This document shows positions 23,307 through 33,075 of a stretch of DNA of 33,075 bases, piece after piece. The notes beneath the pieces were generated by a model. That model was not told where the DNA came from, made no database searches, and was given only the letters and a program-made list of their open reading frames with translations. The stretch is from assembly GCA_041174985.1 (NCBI GenBank), contig JBEDFW010000016.1:1-33075 (forward strand). Reading direction: 5' to 3'. Origin of the DNA: Actinomycetota bacterium. Its GTDB lineage: Bacteria; Actinomycetota; Acidimicrobiia; Acidimicrobiales; Ilumatobacteraceae. Each line of letters begins with the position of its first letter. Within the stretch, counting starts at the first letter, position 1. A program made the position numbers and the translations under genes.

Positions 23307-24661
23307 CGGTCTCGCAATTGTTGCGAGCGCAGGTCTCCGATGCGGTCTGGTACTCCACGTTCAACGACGTGCACGCCCTCCCGAGCGATGACCGCACCCT
23401 TCGCCTCGCCGTCCCGAGTGGAACCGTCCGCGACAAGATCCAGTCCCGTTATCTGCCCCTGGTCCTCGACGCCCTGACCGAGATCGGCGCCGGTGGCCGC
23501 CAGCTCGAAGTCGATGTGGTGGCGCCGCTCGATCAGTCGCCGACCCCAGTCGAGTACGTCGACACGACGCCCACCCCCAACGGAACCGCCACGGCGACTC
23601 TCACCCGCACGGCGGTCGTCGAGACGCCGGCCGAGCGCGCCGGTCTCAATCCCCGGTACACCTTCGAAACCTTCGTTCGTGGTGCATCGAACAGCTTCGC
23701 CCTCGCGGCCGCCCAACGAGTGGCCGAAACCCCGGCGCGGAGTTACAACCCGCTCTTCATCTATGGATCGGCCGGACTGGGCAAGACGCACTTGCTCCAC
23801 GCGATCGGCCACTACGTATTGCAGAACTACAGCCACTACCAAGTGCGCTACATCACCACCGAAACCTTCCTCAACGAGTACGTGGACGGCATCCGAAACG
23901 CCTCGATCGCCAACTTCAAACGCCGCTATCGAGACATCGACGTGTTGCTGATCGACGACATCCAGTTCATGGAGGGCAAGGAAGGTCTGCAGGAAGAGTT
24001 CTTCCACACGTTCAACTCGTTGCACGGCGCGAACAAGCAGATCGTCATCTCCTCCGACCGGGTGCCCGATGCGATCCCCAACCTCGAGGAGCGTCTCATC
24101 GGTCGATTCCGATGGGGGTTGATCACCGACGTGCAGCCCCCCGACCTCGAGACCCGTCTGGCGATTCTTCGCAACAAGGCCGAGCGGGAAGGGACGGAGT
24201 TCCCGGCCGATGTGCTCGAATTCATCGCTTCCAAGGTGACGTCGAACATTCGCGAACTCGAAGGCGCCCTCATTCGGGTGAGCGCCTACGCCAGTCTCAA
24301 TCGGGTCGACATGACCGTCCAGCAAGCCGAGCGTCTTCTCGAGGACCTCCTGACCGATCAGGCCCCGAAACACCGAACCGACGAGGAACTTCTGGCCGAG
24401 ATCGCCCGATTGCTCGGGTTCAGTGTCGACGCTCTGCGAGGCAAGAGCCGCCAGCGACCCTTGGTGGCCGCGCGGCAGGAGGCCATGTACGTGTTTCGCG
24501 AACTCACCGATCTGTCGTATCCGGCCATCGCCCGTCTCTTCGGCGGGCGCGATCACACCACCGTGATCCACGCCGTGGAGAAGATCCAGCGTTTGATGAA
24601 GGAACGTACGCAGACCTACGACCAAGTCACCATGCTCATCCGCACACTGAAATTGGGATGA
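23297..24661 (+). CDS. dnaA: chromosomal replication initiator DnaA
   Basis: The sequence contains Walker A GSAGLGKTHLL, LLIDDIQF and the C-terminal DNA-binding helix DHTTVIHA. I trimmed to the ATG at 23297 (MWTAVSQLL...); an alternative GTG lies at 23261. The longest ORF (22847) runs antisense through rpmH and is not credible. Confidence 0.93.
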   Translation: MWTAVSQLLRAQVSDAVWYSTFNDVHALPSDDRTLRLAVPSGTVRDKIQSRYLPLVLDALTEIGAGGRQLEVDVVAPLDQSPTPVEYVDTTPTPNGTATATLTRTAVVETPAERAGLNPRYTFETFVRGASNSFALAAAQRVAETPARSYNPLFIYGSAGLGKTHLLHAIGHYVLQNYSHYQVRYITTETFLNEYVDGIRNASIANFKRRYRDIDVLLIDDIQFMEGKEGLQEEFFHTFNSLHGANKQIVISSDRVPDAIPNLEERLIGRFRWGLITDVQPPDLETRLAILRNKAEREGTEFPADVLEFIASKVTSNIRELEGALIRVSAYASLNRVDMTVQQAERLLEDLLTDQAPKHRTDEELLAEIARLLGFSVDALRGKSRQRPLVAARQEAMYVFRELTDLSYPAIARLFGGRDHTTVIHAVEKIQRLMKERTQTYDQVTMLIRTLKLG

Positions 24662-24947
24662 TGAAGGCCGATCGAGGAACTGCGATGATGGGGACGACGA
24701 TGTGGACGCGCTGTGGTCGAAGAGGGGTGTGGCCTGTGCACAACTCGAGGTTGTCCACCGACGCGCTGGTCGGCGGACCGCGAGGTGTGGACGTCTGTGG
24801 ACGAGTGTGCGCGCACGGAAACGTTCGTCACGCTGGTCGAACCACCCTTCGTCCACAATCCACAGGTCTTATTACTGACATCAGTTCGAAACATGTCCGG
24901 ACGATGACGACAAGCGCAGGCTTGAAGAGCACGGGGAGGAATGAGTC
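24662..24947. other. oriC: dnaA-dnaN intergenic DnaA-box array plus an AT-rich unwinding candidate
   Basis: Box-like 9-mers lie at 24701, 24712, 24728, 24786 and 24796 (tgtggNNNN orientation). Others lie at 24751, 24849 and 24856 (NNNNccaca orientation). The AT-rich stretch tcttattactgacatcagttcgaaacatg (24867-24895) is about one-third G+C by hand count. Confidence 0.8.
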
Positions 24948-26054
24948 GTGAAGTTCCGTTGTGAACGTGACGTCGTGGCCGATGCGTTCGGAGCGGCCAG
25001 TCGAGCTGCAACGGGTCGGGCCACCAACCCGACGTTGTCCTGTTTGCGTCTCGTGCTCGCCGGATCGCAGTTACGAATCACGGGAACCGACGGTGATCTC
25101 ACGATCGAGGCGGCGGTCGAAGTCGCCGGTGGTTCCGATGGCGTGGTCTTGATTCCGGCCAAGTTGGCCAGTGAAGTCGTTCGTTCGCTTCCGTCCGGTG
25201 CCGTCGAGATCGAAACGAGCGGCGACAAGGTGTCGATTTCGGCCGGACGCGTCAACTTCTCCGTGCCCACCGGAGCCGAAGGTGATTTCCCGAAATGGAC
25301 CGGGTCGGTCGGCAGTGGTGTGTCGGTTCCGGCCGCTGAATTCGCCGAAGCCTTGAAGCAAGTCGTTCGGGCAGCGAGCACCGACGACGCGCGTGGTGTG
25401 CTCACGGGTGTCCTCGTCACGAGCGTCGACGGAGTGTTGCGATTGGTGGCCACCGATTCGTATCGGTTGGCCATTCGCGACATCGCCGCATCGGTTCTCC
25501 CCGACGGATCACGTTTCGTCGTGCCGGCTCGCGCACTCAACGAGCTGCAACGTTTGCTCGGTGGAGCCGAAACGGTGTCGATCGACATCACCGACAACGA
25601 TGCGACATTCACGATCGGCTCGACACGACTCGTGACCCGATTGATCTCCGGAACCTTCGCCGACTACCAACGTCTGATCCCGCCGAGCCCGCCCAACACG
25701 CTGTTGGTGTCGCGCGACGCCCTGATCGAATCGATTCGACGTGTGAAGTTGGTGGCGCGTGACCCGATCGGAACCCCGCTCAAGGTCCGTATGTCGACCG
25801 ATGGAGTCACGTTGCGAATGGTGAGCCAGGACAGTGGCGAAGCCGTCGAGAACATCGAGGCCGATCTCAAGGGCAACGAGATCGAGATGTCGTTCAACAA
25901 CGAACTTCTCGCCGCCGGAATCGATGCCTGTCCGACCGACATCGTGTCGATTCAGACGAGCGAGCCGGGCAAACTCGCGGTCATCCGTCCGGTCATCGAC
26001 GGTGACAGCAAGAAAGCCAATTACACGTACCTGCTCATGCCGCTGCGGGCCTGA
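24948..26054 (+). CDS. dnaN: DNA polymerase III beta sliding clamp
   Basis: The GTG start has a GGGGAGGA Shine-Dalgarno 7 nt upstream. The sequence begins MKFRCERDVVADAF and ends YLLMPLRA. Its position after dnaA is conserved. Confidence 0.95.
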   Translation: MKFRCERDVVADAFGAASRAATGRATNPTLSCLRLVLAGSQLRITGTDGDLTIEAAVEVAGGSDGVVLIPAKLASEVVRSLPSGAVEIETSGDKVSISAGRVNFSVPTGAEGDFPKWTGSVGSGVSVPAAEFAEALKQVVRAASTDDARGVLTGVLVTSVDGVLRLVATDSYRLAIRDIAASVLPDGSRFVVPARALNELQRLLGGAETVSIDITDNDATFTIGSTRLVTRLISGTFADYQRLIPPSPPNTLLVSRDALIESIRRVKLVARDPIGTPLKVRMSTDGVTLRMVSQDSGEAVENIEADLKGNEIEMSFNNELLAAGIDACPTDIVSIQTSEPGKLAVIRPVIDGDSKKANYTYLLMPLRA

Positions 26055-27133
26055 TGTTCATCGAGCAACTCGAGCTCGTCGATTTCCGCAATTACGAACG
26101 GGCGACCTTCGCCCTCACATCAGGTGTCACCGCCGTCGTTGGCCGGAACGCTCAAGGTAAGACCAACGTGGCCGAAGCGATGGCCTTCTTGGCCACGCTC
26201 GACAGTTTTCGGCAAGTTCCTCCACAAGCTCTCGTGCGCAACGGCAGTGAAGAGGCCTTCGTGCGCGCCACGATCAAACACACCGACGGGCGTGAACTAC
26301 TCGTCGAAGTGTCGATTCCACGGCAAGGTCGAATCACCGCGCAGGTGAATCGACAACGGCTCGCCCGTACTCGCGAACTTCTTGGCGTTCTCCGCGTCAC
26401 CGTGTTCTCACCCGACGATCTCGAACTCGTGAAAGGGGCCCCGTCCGAGAGGCGTCGTTACCTCGACGACACGGCAGTGGCCCTCGCAGTGAAGAACGAT
26501 GCGTTGCGTCTCGATCTCGAGCGTGTGTTGAAGCAACGCAACACTCTGCTGCGCCAGTGCAACGGTCGTCTGACCGACGAGGTCGCGTTCTCGCTCGACG
26601 TCTGGGACGAACGTCTGGCCGCCGTGGCCGACGAGGTGGGTCAGGTGCGGGCCACCCTCGTGGCCCGTTTGCAGCCCCGCGTCGACGAGGCCTATCAGCG
26701 GATCGCCGGACAGGCCACGGCCATCGGGCTGCGCTACGAACCTGAATGGCGTCGACGGGGGATGGCGGCCGCTCTTGCCGCGTCCCGATCCGACGACGTG
26801 CGTCGTGGGGTGTCGACCATCGGCCCGCACCGAGACGACCTGGAGTTGACGATCGGCACCATGCCGGCTCGGACCCACGCCAGCCAAGGTGAGATGCGGT
26901 CGCTCGCTCTCGCCATGCGCTTGGCCGCCCACCGCCTCGTGACCGAGGAGACCGACATGACACCCCTGCTGGTCCTCGATGACGTCCTGAGCGAACTCGA
27001 CCCTGACCGGTGTCGAGCCTTGTTGGAACACCTTCCGGCTGGGCAAGTGGTCATCACGACCGCCAGCCCTCTTCCGGATGCCGCCCGGCCCGATCGCATC
27101 CTGCGCATCGATTCCGGGGTGGTGACGTCGTGA
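26054..27133 (+). CDS. recF: DNA replication/repair protein RecF
   Basis: The N-terminus is FRNYERATFALTSGVTAVVGRNAQGKTN (Walker A), with a C-terminal LLVLDDVLSELD (Walker B). The start overlaps the dnaN stop (TGATG). Confidence 0.93.
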   Translation: MFIEQLELVDFRNYERATFALTSGVTAVVGRNAQGKTNVAEAMAFLATLDSFRQVPPQALVRNGSEEAFVRATIKHTDGRELLVEVSIPRQGRITAQVNRQRLARTRELLGVLRVTVFSPDDLELVKGAPSERRRYLDDTAVALAVKNDALRLDLERVLKQRNTLLRQCNGRLTDEVAFSLDVWDERLAAVADEVGQVRATLVARLQPRVDEAYQRIAGQATAIGLRYEPEWRRRGMAAALAASRSDDVRRGVSTIGPHRDDLELTIGTMPARTHASQGEMRSLALAMRLAAHRLVTEETDMTPLLVLDDVLSELDPDRCRALLEHLPAGQVVITTASPLPDAARPDRILRIDSGVVTS

Positions 27134-27429
27134 GTTCCGATCCGCGGCCCCTCTCGGAGTCCATGGATCGCCTCTTGGCGTCCCTTCGCGGGGGCGACCG
27201 GGCCACGACGGTGTCGGTGTTCTCCCGATGGTCGGAATTGGTGGGCGATCAGGTGGCGGCTCACTGCCGTCCGATGAAGCTCGACGGGGGAGTTCTGGTG
27301 GTCGAGGTCGATGATCCGGCCTGGGCGACCCAGATGAAGTTCTTGCAGTCCGAGGTCGTGGAGCGCCTCCGAGAGGGCGGCGGCATGGCGGTCGAACGGC
27401 TCGACATCACCGTGGCTCGACGGCGCTGA
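27130..27429 (+). CDS. DUF721 (DciA-like / Rv0004-like) protein
   Basis: Trimmed to the GTG at 27130, which overlaps the recF stop (GTGA). The sequence contains WSELVGDQVAAHCRPMKLDGGVLVVEVDDPAWATQMKF. Its position between recF and gyrB is conserved. Confidence 0.75.
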   Translation: MSSDPRPLSESMDRLLASLRGGDRATTVSVFSRWSELVGDQVAAHCRPMKLDGGVLVVEVDDPAWATQMKFLQSEVVERLREGGGMAVERLDITVARRR

Positions 27430-27431
27430 GG

Positions 27432-27451
27432 CCACCCCGTCGGACGGGTGG
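27432..27451 (+). terminator. GC-rich hairpin after the recF/DUF721 unit
   Basis: The stem pairs ccaccc with gggtgg, with inner g-c and t-a pairs. It lies 2 nt after the stop. There is no U-tract, so the call is weak. Confidence 0.25.
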
Positions 27452-27647
27452 TCGGGACCCGCTCGGATCCCCTGTTCCTGGTGTCGTCGGAAGGGTACGT
27501 TTTCCCTGCTCAGAGGGCCTGTTTTGCCACGATTTCGGACCGTCTGTGAGGTAGGATTTCGAGCGTTACCACGGCTCACTTTCGCCCTGTGTCGACCAGC
27601 GTCGCTCACAGTCCCGAAATCACGCCATCCCCACATCTGAGGTACCT

Positions 27648-29599
<1,952 letters not shown>

Positions 29600-29600
<1 letters not shown>

Positions 29601-32083
29601 TGGCTTCCAAGAAGACACCCCCGCCCCCCGCCGAAGACGCCACTCCCGAAGAACCGATCATTCCCGTGCAGCCCGTCGCGCTGCAGGACGAGATGGAGCG
29701 CTCGTTCCTCGACTACGCGATGTCGGTCATCATGTCGCGCGCTCTGCCCGACGTTCGCGACGGACTCAAGCCGGTGCACCGCCGCATCATCTGGGACATG
29801 GAGGAACAGGGCTTCCGCCCCGACCGTCCGTTCGTGAAGTCGGCCCGTGTCTCGGGCGACACCATGGCCAAGTATCACCCGCATGGTGACAGCGCGATTT
29901 ACGACGCTCTCGTGCGAATGGCGCAGCCTTTCTCGTTGCGGCATCCGCTCATCGATTTCCACGGGAACTACGGATCACCCGACTTCGGTCCGGCCGCCAG
30001 TCGCTACACCGAATGTCGACTGCATCCGCTCGCGATGCAGTTGCTGGCCGACATCGACGAGAACACGGTCGACATGGTCGCCACGTACGACGGAAGTCGT
30101 GAAGAGCCCACCGTTCTGCCGGCCCGCTTCCCCAACCTGCTCGTCAACGGCAGTCAAGGCATCGCGGTCGGCATGGCCACGAACATCCCGCCGCACAACC
30201 TGGGAGAAGTGATCGACGCGTGCGTCCACGTGTTGTTCACACCGTCGGCCACATCCGACGACCTGATGGAGTTCGTGAAGGGGCCGGACTTCCCGACCGG
30301 TGGGGCGATCCTCGGTCGCTCCGGCATCATCGACGCTTATCGCACGGGACGCGGAAGCATCAAGATGCGCGCGACGGCGACCATCGAAGAGGGCAAGCGC
30401 GGTGGCATGCAGATCGTCATCACACAGTTGCCCTATCAGACGAGTTGTTCGGCCATTGCCGGACGAATCCAGGAACTCGTCGACGCCGGTGAGATCGACG
30501 GCATCGCCGACGTGAACGACGGGTCGTCGGGTGGCAAGACCAACCTCCAGATCATGTTGAAGCGCGATGCCAACGCCAACGTGGTTCTCAACAACCTCTT
30601 CAAGCTCACGCAGTTGCAGACCAGCTTCGGTGTGAACATGGTGGCTCTGGTCGACGGCGTTCCACGTCAACTCACGCTCGCCGACGCGATCAACGGGTAC
30701 CTGCGACATCAGGTCGAGGTTCTGACGCGTCGGACCCAATTCCGTCTCGACAAGGCGCAACGTCGCGCCCACCTGCTCGAAGGCCGTATCAAGGCTCTGA
30801 ACGTGATCGACAAGATCATCAAGCTGATCCGCGAGAGCGAGGACGCGGGCAGTGCCAAGACGCAGTTGATGGCCAAGCCGTACGAGTTCACCGAAGTTCA
30901 GGCGATCGACATCCTCGACATGCAGCTGCGCCAACTCACGCGGTTGTCGCGCATCGATCTCGAGGCCGAGATCGCCGATCTCACTCAGCGGATCGCCGAA
31001 CTCCAGTCGATCCTGGCCGACGACGTGAAACTGCGGACGGTCATCAAGGACGAGTTGCTGGCCATCAAGGAAGAGTTCGCCACACCGCGCGTCTGTCCGA
31101 TCACTCTCGACGCCGGTGAAATGAGTCTCGAAGATCTCGTGGACGACACCGAACTCGTGGTCGTCATGACCGAGGCGCAGTACGTGAAGTCGGTCCAGGC
31201 CTCGAACTTCAAGACGCAGGGTCGCGGCGGCAAGGGCGTGACCGGCGCCAAGTTGAAAGCCGACGACATCGTGAAGCACGTGATCTTCACGACCGCGCAC
31301 GCGTATCTGCTCTTCTTCTCGAATCGTGGCAAGGTCTACCGACTTCGCGCTCACGATCTCCCCGAACGCGAGCGGGCCGCCAAGGGTGTCCCCATCGTGA
31401 ACCTGCTTCCGTTGCAGGCCGACGAGACCATCGAAGCGATCATCGACACCCGTGACTTCGCCGCTGAGCGCTATCTCTTCTTCGCCACCCGCGACGGCGT
31501 CGTCAAGAAGACACCCTTCAACGAGTACGACAAGGCTCGGCGAGACGGCTTCATCGCTCTCAATCTCCGAGAGGGCGACGAACTGGTACGCGTCATCGAG
31601 ACGTCGGGTACCGACGACATCTTCATGGTGGCACGCTCCGGAATGACTATCCGTTTCTCCGAGTCCGAGGTGCGTGCCATGGGTCGCGCGGCGGCTGGTG
31701 TGCGCGGAATGAAGTTGCGAGCCGGTGACAAGGTGGTCAGTGTCGACGTCGCTCGCGACGAAGCGGCGATTCTCATGATCACCGAGGCCGGCTACGGGAA
31801 GCGCACGCAACTCGACAAGTTCAACCGCCAAGGCCGTGGTGGCATGGGTGTGCGCGGTATCCAGATCAAGGAGAAAAAGGGCTACGTCGTCTCGGCCTTC
31901 ATGGCCGGAATCGACGACGAGATCGTGGCCGTCACCTCGGGCGGATCGACCATCCGGACCCAGGTGCGAACCATTTCGTCTCAAGGTCGAACGGCGACCG
32001 GAGTGCGAGTGATGTCGGTCGAAGATGGACAATCCGTCTCGTCGGTCGCTCTGATCATCGCCCACGACGACGAAGACGAGTGA
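29600..32083 (+). CDS. gyrA: DNA gyrase subunit A
   Basis: The sequence contains [10 protein letters not shown], a QRDR-like [17 protein letters not shown] and the active-site AASRYTE. C-terminal beta-pinwheel repeats are present. The start overlaps the gyrB stop (TGATG). Confidence 0.96.
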
Positions 32084-32379
32084 CGTCAGCGCGCGACTCG
32101 GGTCAGATCGGTGTGTTGGTCGTCGCCTTGGCGGCGGTGTCGCTCGTCGTCGTGCAGGGCATGGTCCGTTTCGGTGATGCTCTCGTCGATGCGGCGCGGG
32201 CGCAGAGCGCGGCCGATGCCGTTGCTCTCGCGGTTGCAGCTGGTCGATCCGATCTGACTGCGGTTCTCAGTGAAGGCCTGGCCGCGGACGTCGTGAGCAT
32301 CGACATCGGTGTCGACGTGACGGTTCGAATGGCGGTCGATGGACGCACGGCAATGGCCCGAGCGGCGTCCACACCGTGA
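32080..32379 (+). CDS. small TadE-like (Rv3654c-family-like) membrane-anchored protein
   Basis: 99 aa. An N-terminal hydrophobic segment [15 protein letters not shown] is followed by [17 protein letters not shown] and a V-rich beta tail ending ARAAS. This resembles the helicase/secretion-neighbourhood TadE-like family by eye. The GTG start overlaps the gyrA stop (GTGA). Confidence 0.45.
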   Translation: MTSARDSGQIGVLVVALAAVSLVVVQGMVRFGDALVDAARAQSAADAVALAVAAGRSDLTAVLSEGLAADVVSIDIGVDVTVRMAVDGRTAMARAASTP

Positions 32380-32401
32380 CGGAATCTTCTACGCTGACGA
32401 C

Positions 32402-32956
32402 GTGACCGACTCGCGTGATCCGTTGTTCATCGTTCCGGCGGTTCAGCCGGACGAGGAGTCGACGACGCCATCGTCGGCCCCGACCACCGCGTCGAGATCG
32501 ACCCAGCCGCTGATTCGCCGCCGAGCGCGGCGCGTGCGTCGCACCACCCGCACTCTGCGGTACATCGACCCCTGGAGCGTTCTGCGGGTGACGGCGATGT
32601 TCCACGTGGTTCTTTACGTGATCCTGCTCGTGACCGGAGTTCTGCTGTGGAACGTGGCCAACACCACCGGAACCGTCGACAACGTCGAGCGCTTCATGGA
32701 AAGTTTCGGTTGGGAGTCGTTCGAATTCGACGGCGGGGAGATCTTCCACCAGGCCTGGATCCTGGGCATCTTCCTCGTGGTCGGACTCACGGGTCTGGCG
32801 GTGCTCGTCGCCGTCACCTTCAATCTGATCACCGACGTGGTGGGCGGCATTCGGGTGATGGTGCTCGAAGACGTGATCGACGATGGGGAGTCGGTGCCGA
32901 GCCCCGAATCTCGAGGGCTCGGATCCTGGTTGAGGACTCGGCGAACCGACCGATAG
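32402..32956 (+). CDS. DUF3566 (Rv0007-like) membrane protein
   Basis: The sequence contains RYIDPWSVLRVTAMFHVVLYVILLVTGVLLWNVA and a second TM, ILGIFLVVGLTGLAVLVAVTFNLI. Its position between gyrA and tRNA-Ile is conserved. The start (GTG 32402) is uncertain. Confidence 0.75.
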   Translation: MTDSRDPLFIVPAVQPDEESTTPSSAPTTASRSTQPLIRRRARRVRRTTRTLRYIDPWSVLRVTAMFHVVLYVILLVTGVLLWNVANTTGTVDNVERFMESFGWESFEFDGGEIFHQAWILGIFLVVGLTGLAVLVAVTFNLITDVVGGIRVMVLEDVIDDGESVPSPESRGLGSWLRTRRTDR

Positions 32957-32970
32957 GGTGACCCGTCGCT

Positions 32971-33047
32971 GGGGCTATAGCTCAGTCGGTTAGAGCGCAT
33001 CCCTGATAAGGATGAGGTCACAAGTTCGATTCTTGTTAGCCCCACCA
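32971..33047 (+). tRNA. tRNA-Ile (anticodon GAT), CCA encoded
   Basis: I hand-folded the cloverleaf. The acceptor stem pairs GGGGCTA with TAGCCCC and the D arm is GCTC-AGTCGGTTA-GAGC. The anticodon arm is CATCC-CTGATAA-GGATG and the T arm is ACAAG-TTCGATT-CTTGT. The discriminator is A, followed by CCA. Confidence 0.95.
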
Positions 33048-33075
33048 GCAGTTTCATCTCGGAGTCGTCGAGCGG

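Noticed and set aside
27524-27557. A possible gyrB promoter, with TTGCCA as -35 and TAGGAT as -10.
   Set aside because: The spacer between the hexamers is 22 nt, too long for a sigma-70-type promoter. TAGGAT alone fits the loose actinobacterial TANNNT -10, which is not sufficient evidence to annotate.
29975-32065. A 696-aa ORF antisense to gyrA. Similar long antisense ORFs are 23204-24856 (opposite dnaA), 15379-16842 (opposite trxB/trxA), 20959-22371 (opposite yidC), 7518-8807, and 27606-28541 plus 28593-29618 (opposite gyrB).
   Set aside because: These are typical stop-poor shadow frames of a high-G+C genome. Their translations are Arg/Gly/His/Asp-rich with no recognisable motifs. Each lies opposite a gene with unambiguous conserved motifs.
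32365-32373. An isolated DnaA-box-like 9-mer, gcgtccaca, at the end of the TadE-like ORF.
   Set aside because: It is a single box inside a coding sequence (codons S-T-P-stop) with no partner boxes, which is compatible with chance.
32598-32613. A parS-like 16-mer, tgttccacgtggttct, inside the DUF3566 coding sequence.
   Set aside because: It matches the local parS at 13 of 16 positions, with all three mismatches in one half-site. It is explained by the codons MFHVVL, and a half-site is unlikely to be a functional ParB site. It would still be worth including in a ChIP-seq inspection.

Overview
This window is the chromosomal replication-origin neighbourhood of a high-G+C actinobacterium. Gene order follows the Streptomyces/Mycobacterium template almost gene for gene.

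Minus strand, left to right: a partial HD hydrolase, a small membrane protein, dnaB, rplI-rpsR-ssb-rpsF, a membrane protein, a Cys4 protein, the CCA-adding enzyme and an HDAC-type deacetylase. A VOC-family gene sits on the plus strand between the small membrane protein and dnaB.

A plus-strand block follows: GNAT, a large secreted Rv3909-like protein, DegV, a Ser/Thr kinase, an ECF sigma, a putative anti-sigma, a small membrane protein, trxB, trxA and a cwlM-like gene.

Next, on the minus strand: parB-parA, three parS sites, rsmG, jag, yidC, yidD, rnpA and rpmH. The plus-strand origin core is dnaA, oriC, dnaN, recF, DUF721, gyrB, gyrA, a TadE-like ORF, DUF3566 and tRNA-Ile(GAT).

I see no transposase, integrase, CRISPR array, toxin-antitoxin pair or defence-like operon. 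I do not find convincing evidence for a new multi-gene system; this is a core, syntenic region.

Two kinds of observation deserve a second look:
- Cis-element architecture. There are three identical palindromic parS sites within 110 bp, one inside a 26-bp palindrome that abuts the rsmG stop codon. DnaA-box clusters also occur outside the canonical dnaA-dnaN oriC: an AT-rich island in the cwlM/parB gap, twin boxes upstream of dnaB, and boxes upstream of and across the dnaA start codon.
- Gene-content deviations from the conserved template. DegV sits where murJ/mviN is expected. An HDAC/GNAT pair sits where a Nudix gene is expected. The CwlM-like protein is short and lacks the amidase His ligands. 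An orphan TadE-like ORF is translationally coupled to gyrA. S18 carries an acidic tail.

Several longest ORFs in the track are over-extended at the 5' end, and I trimmed them. The many long antisense ORFs are high-G+C shadow frames.
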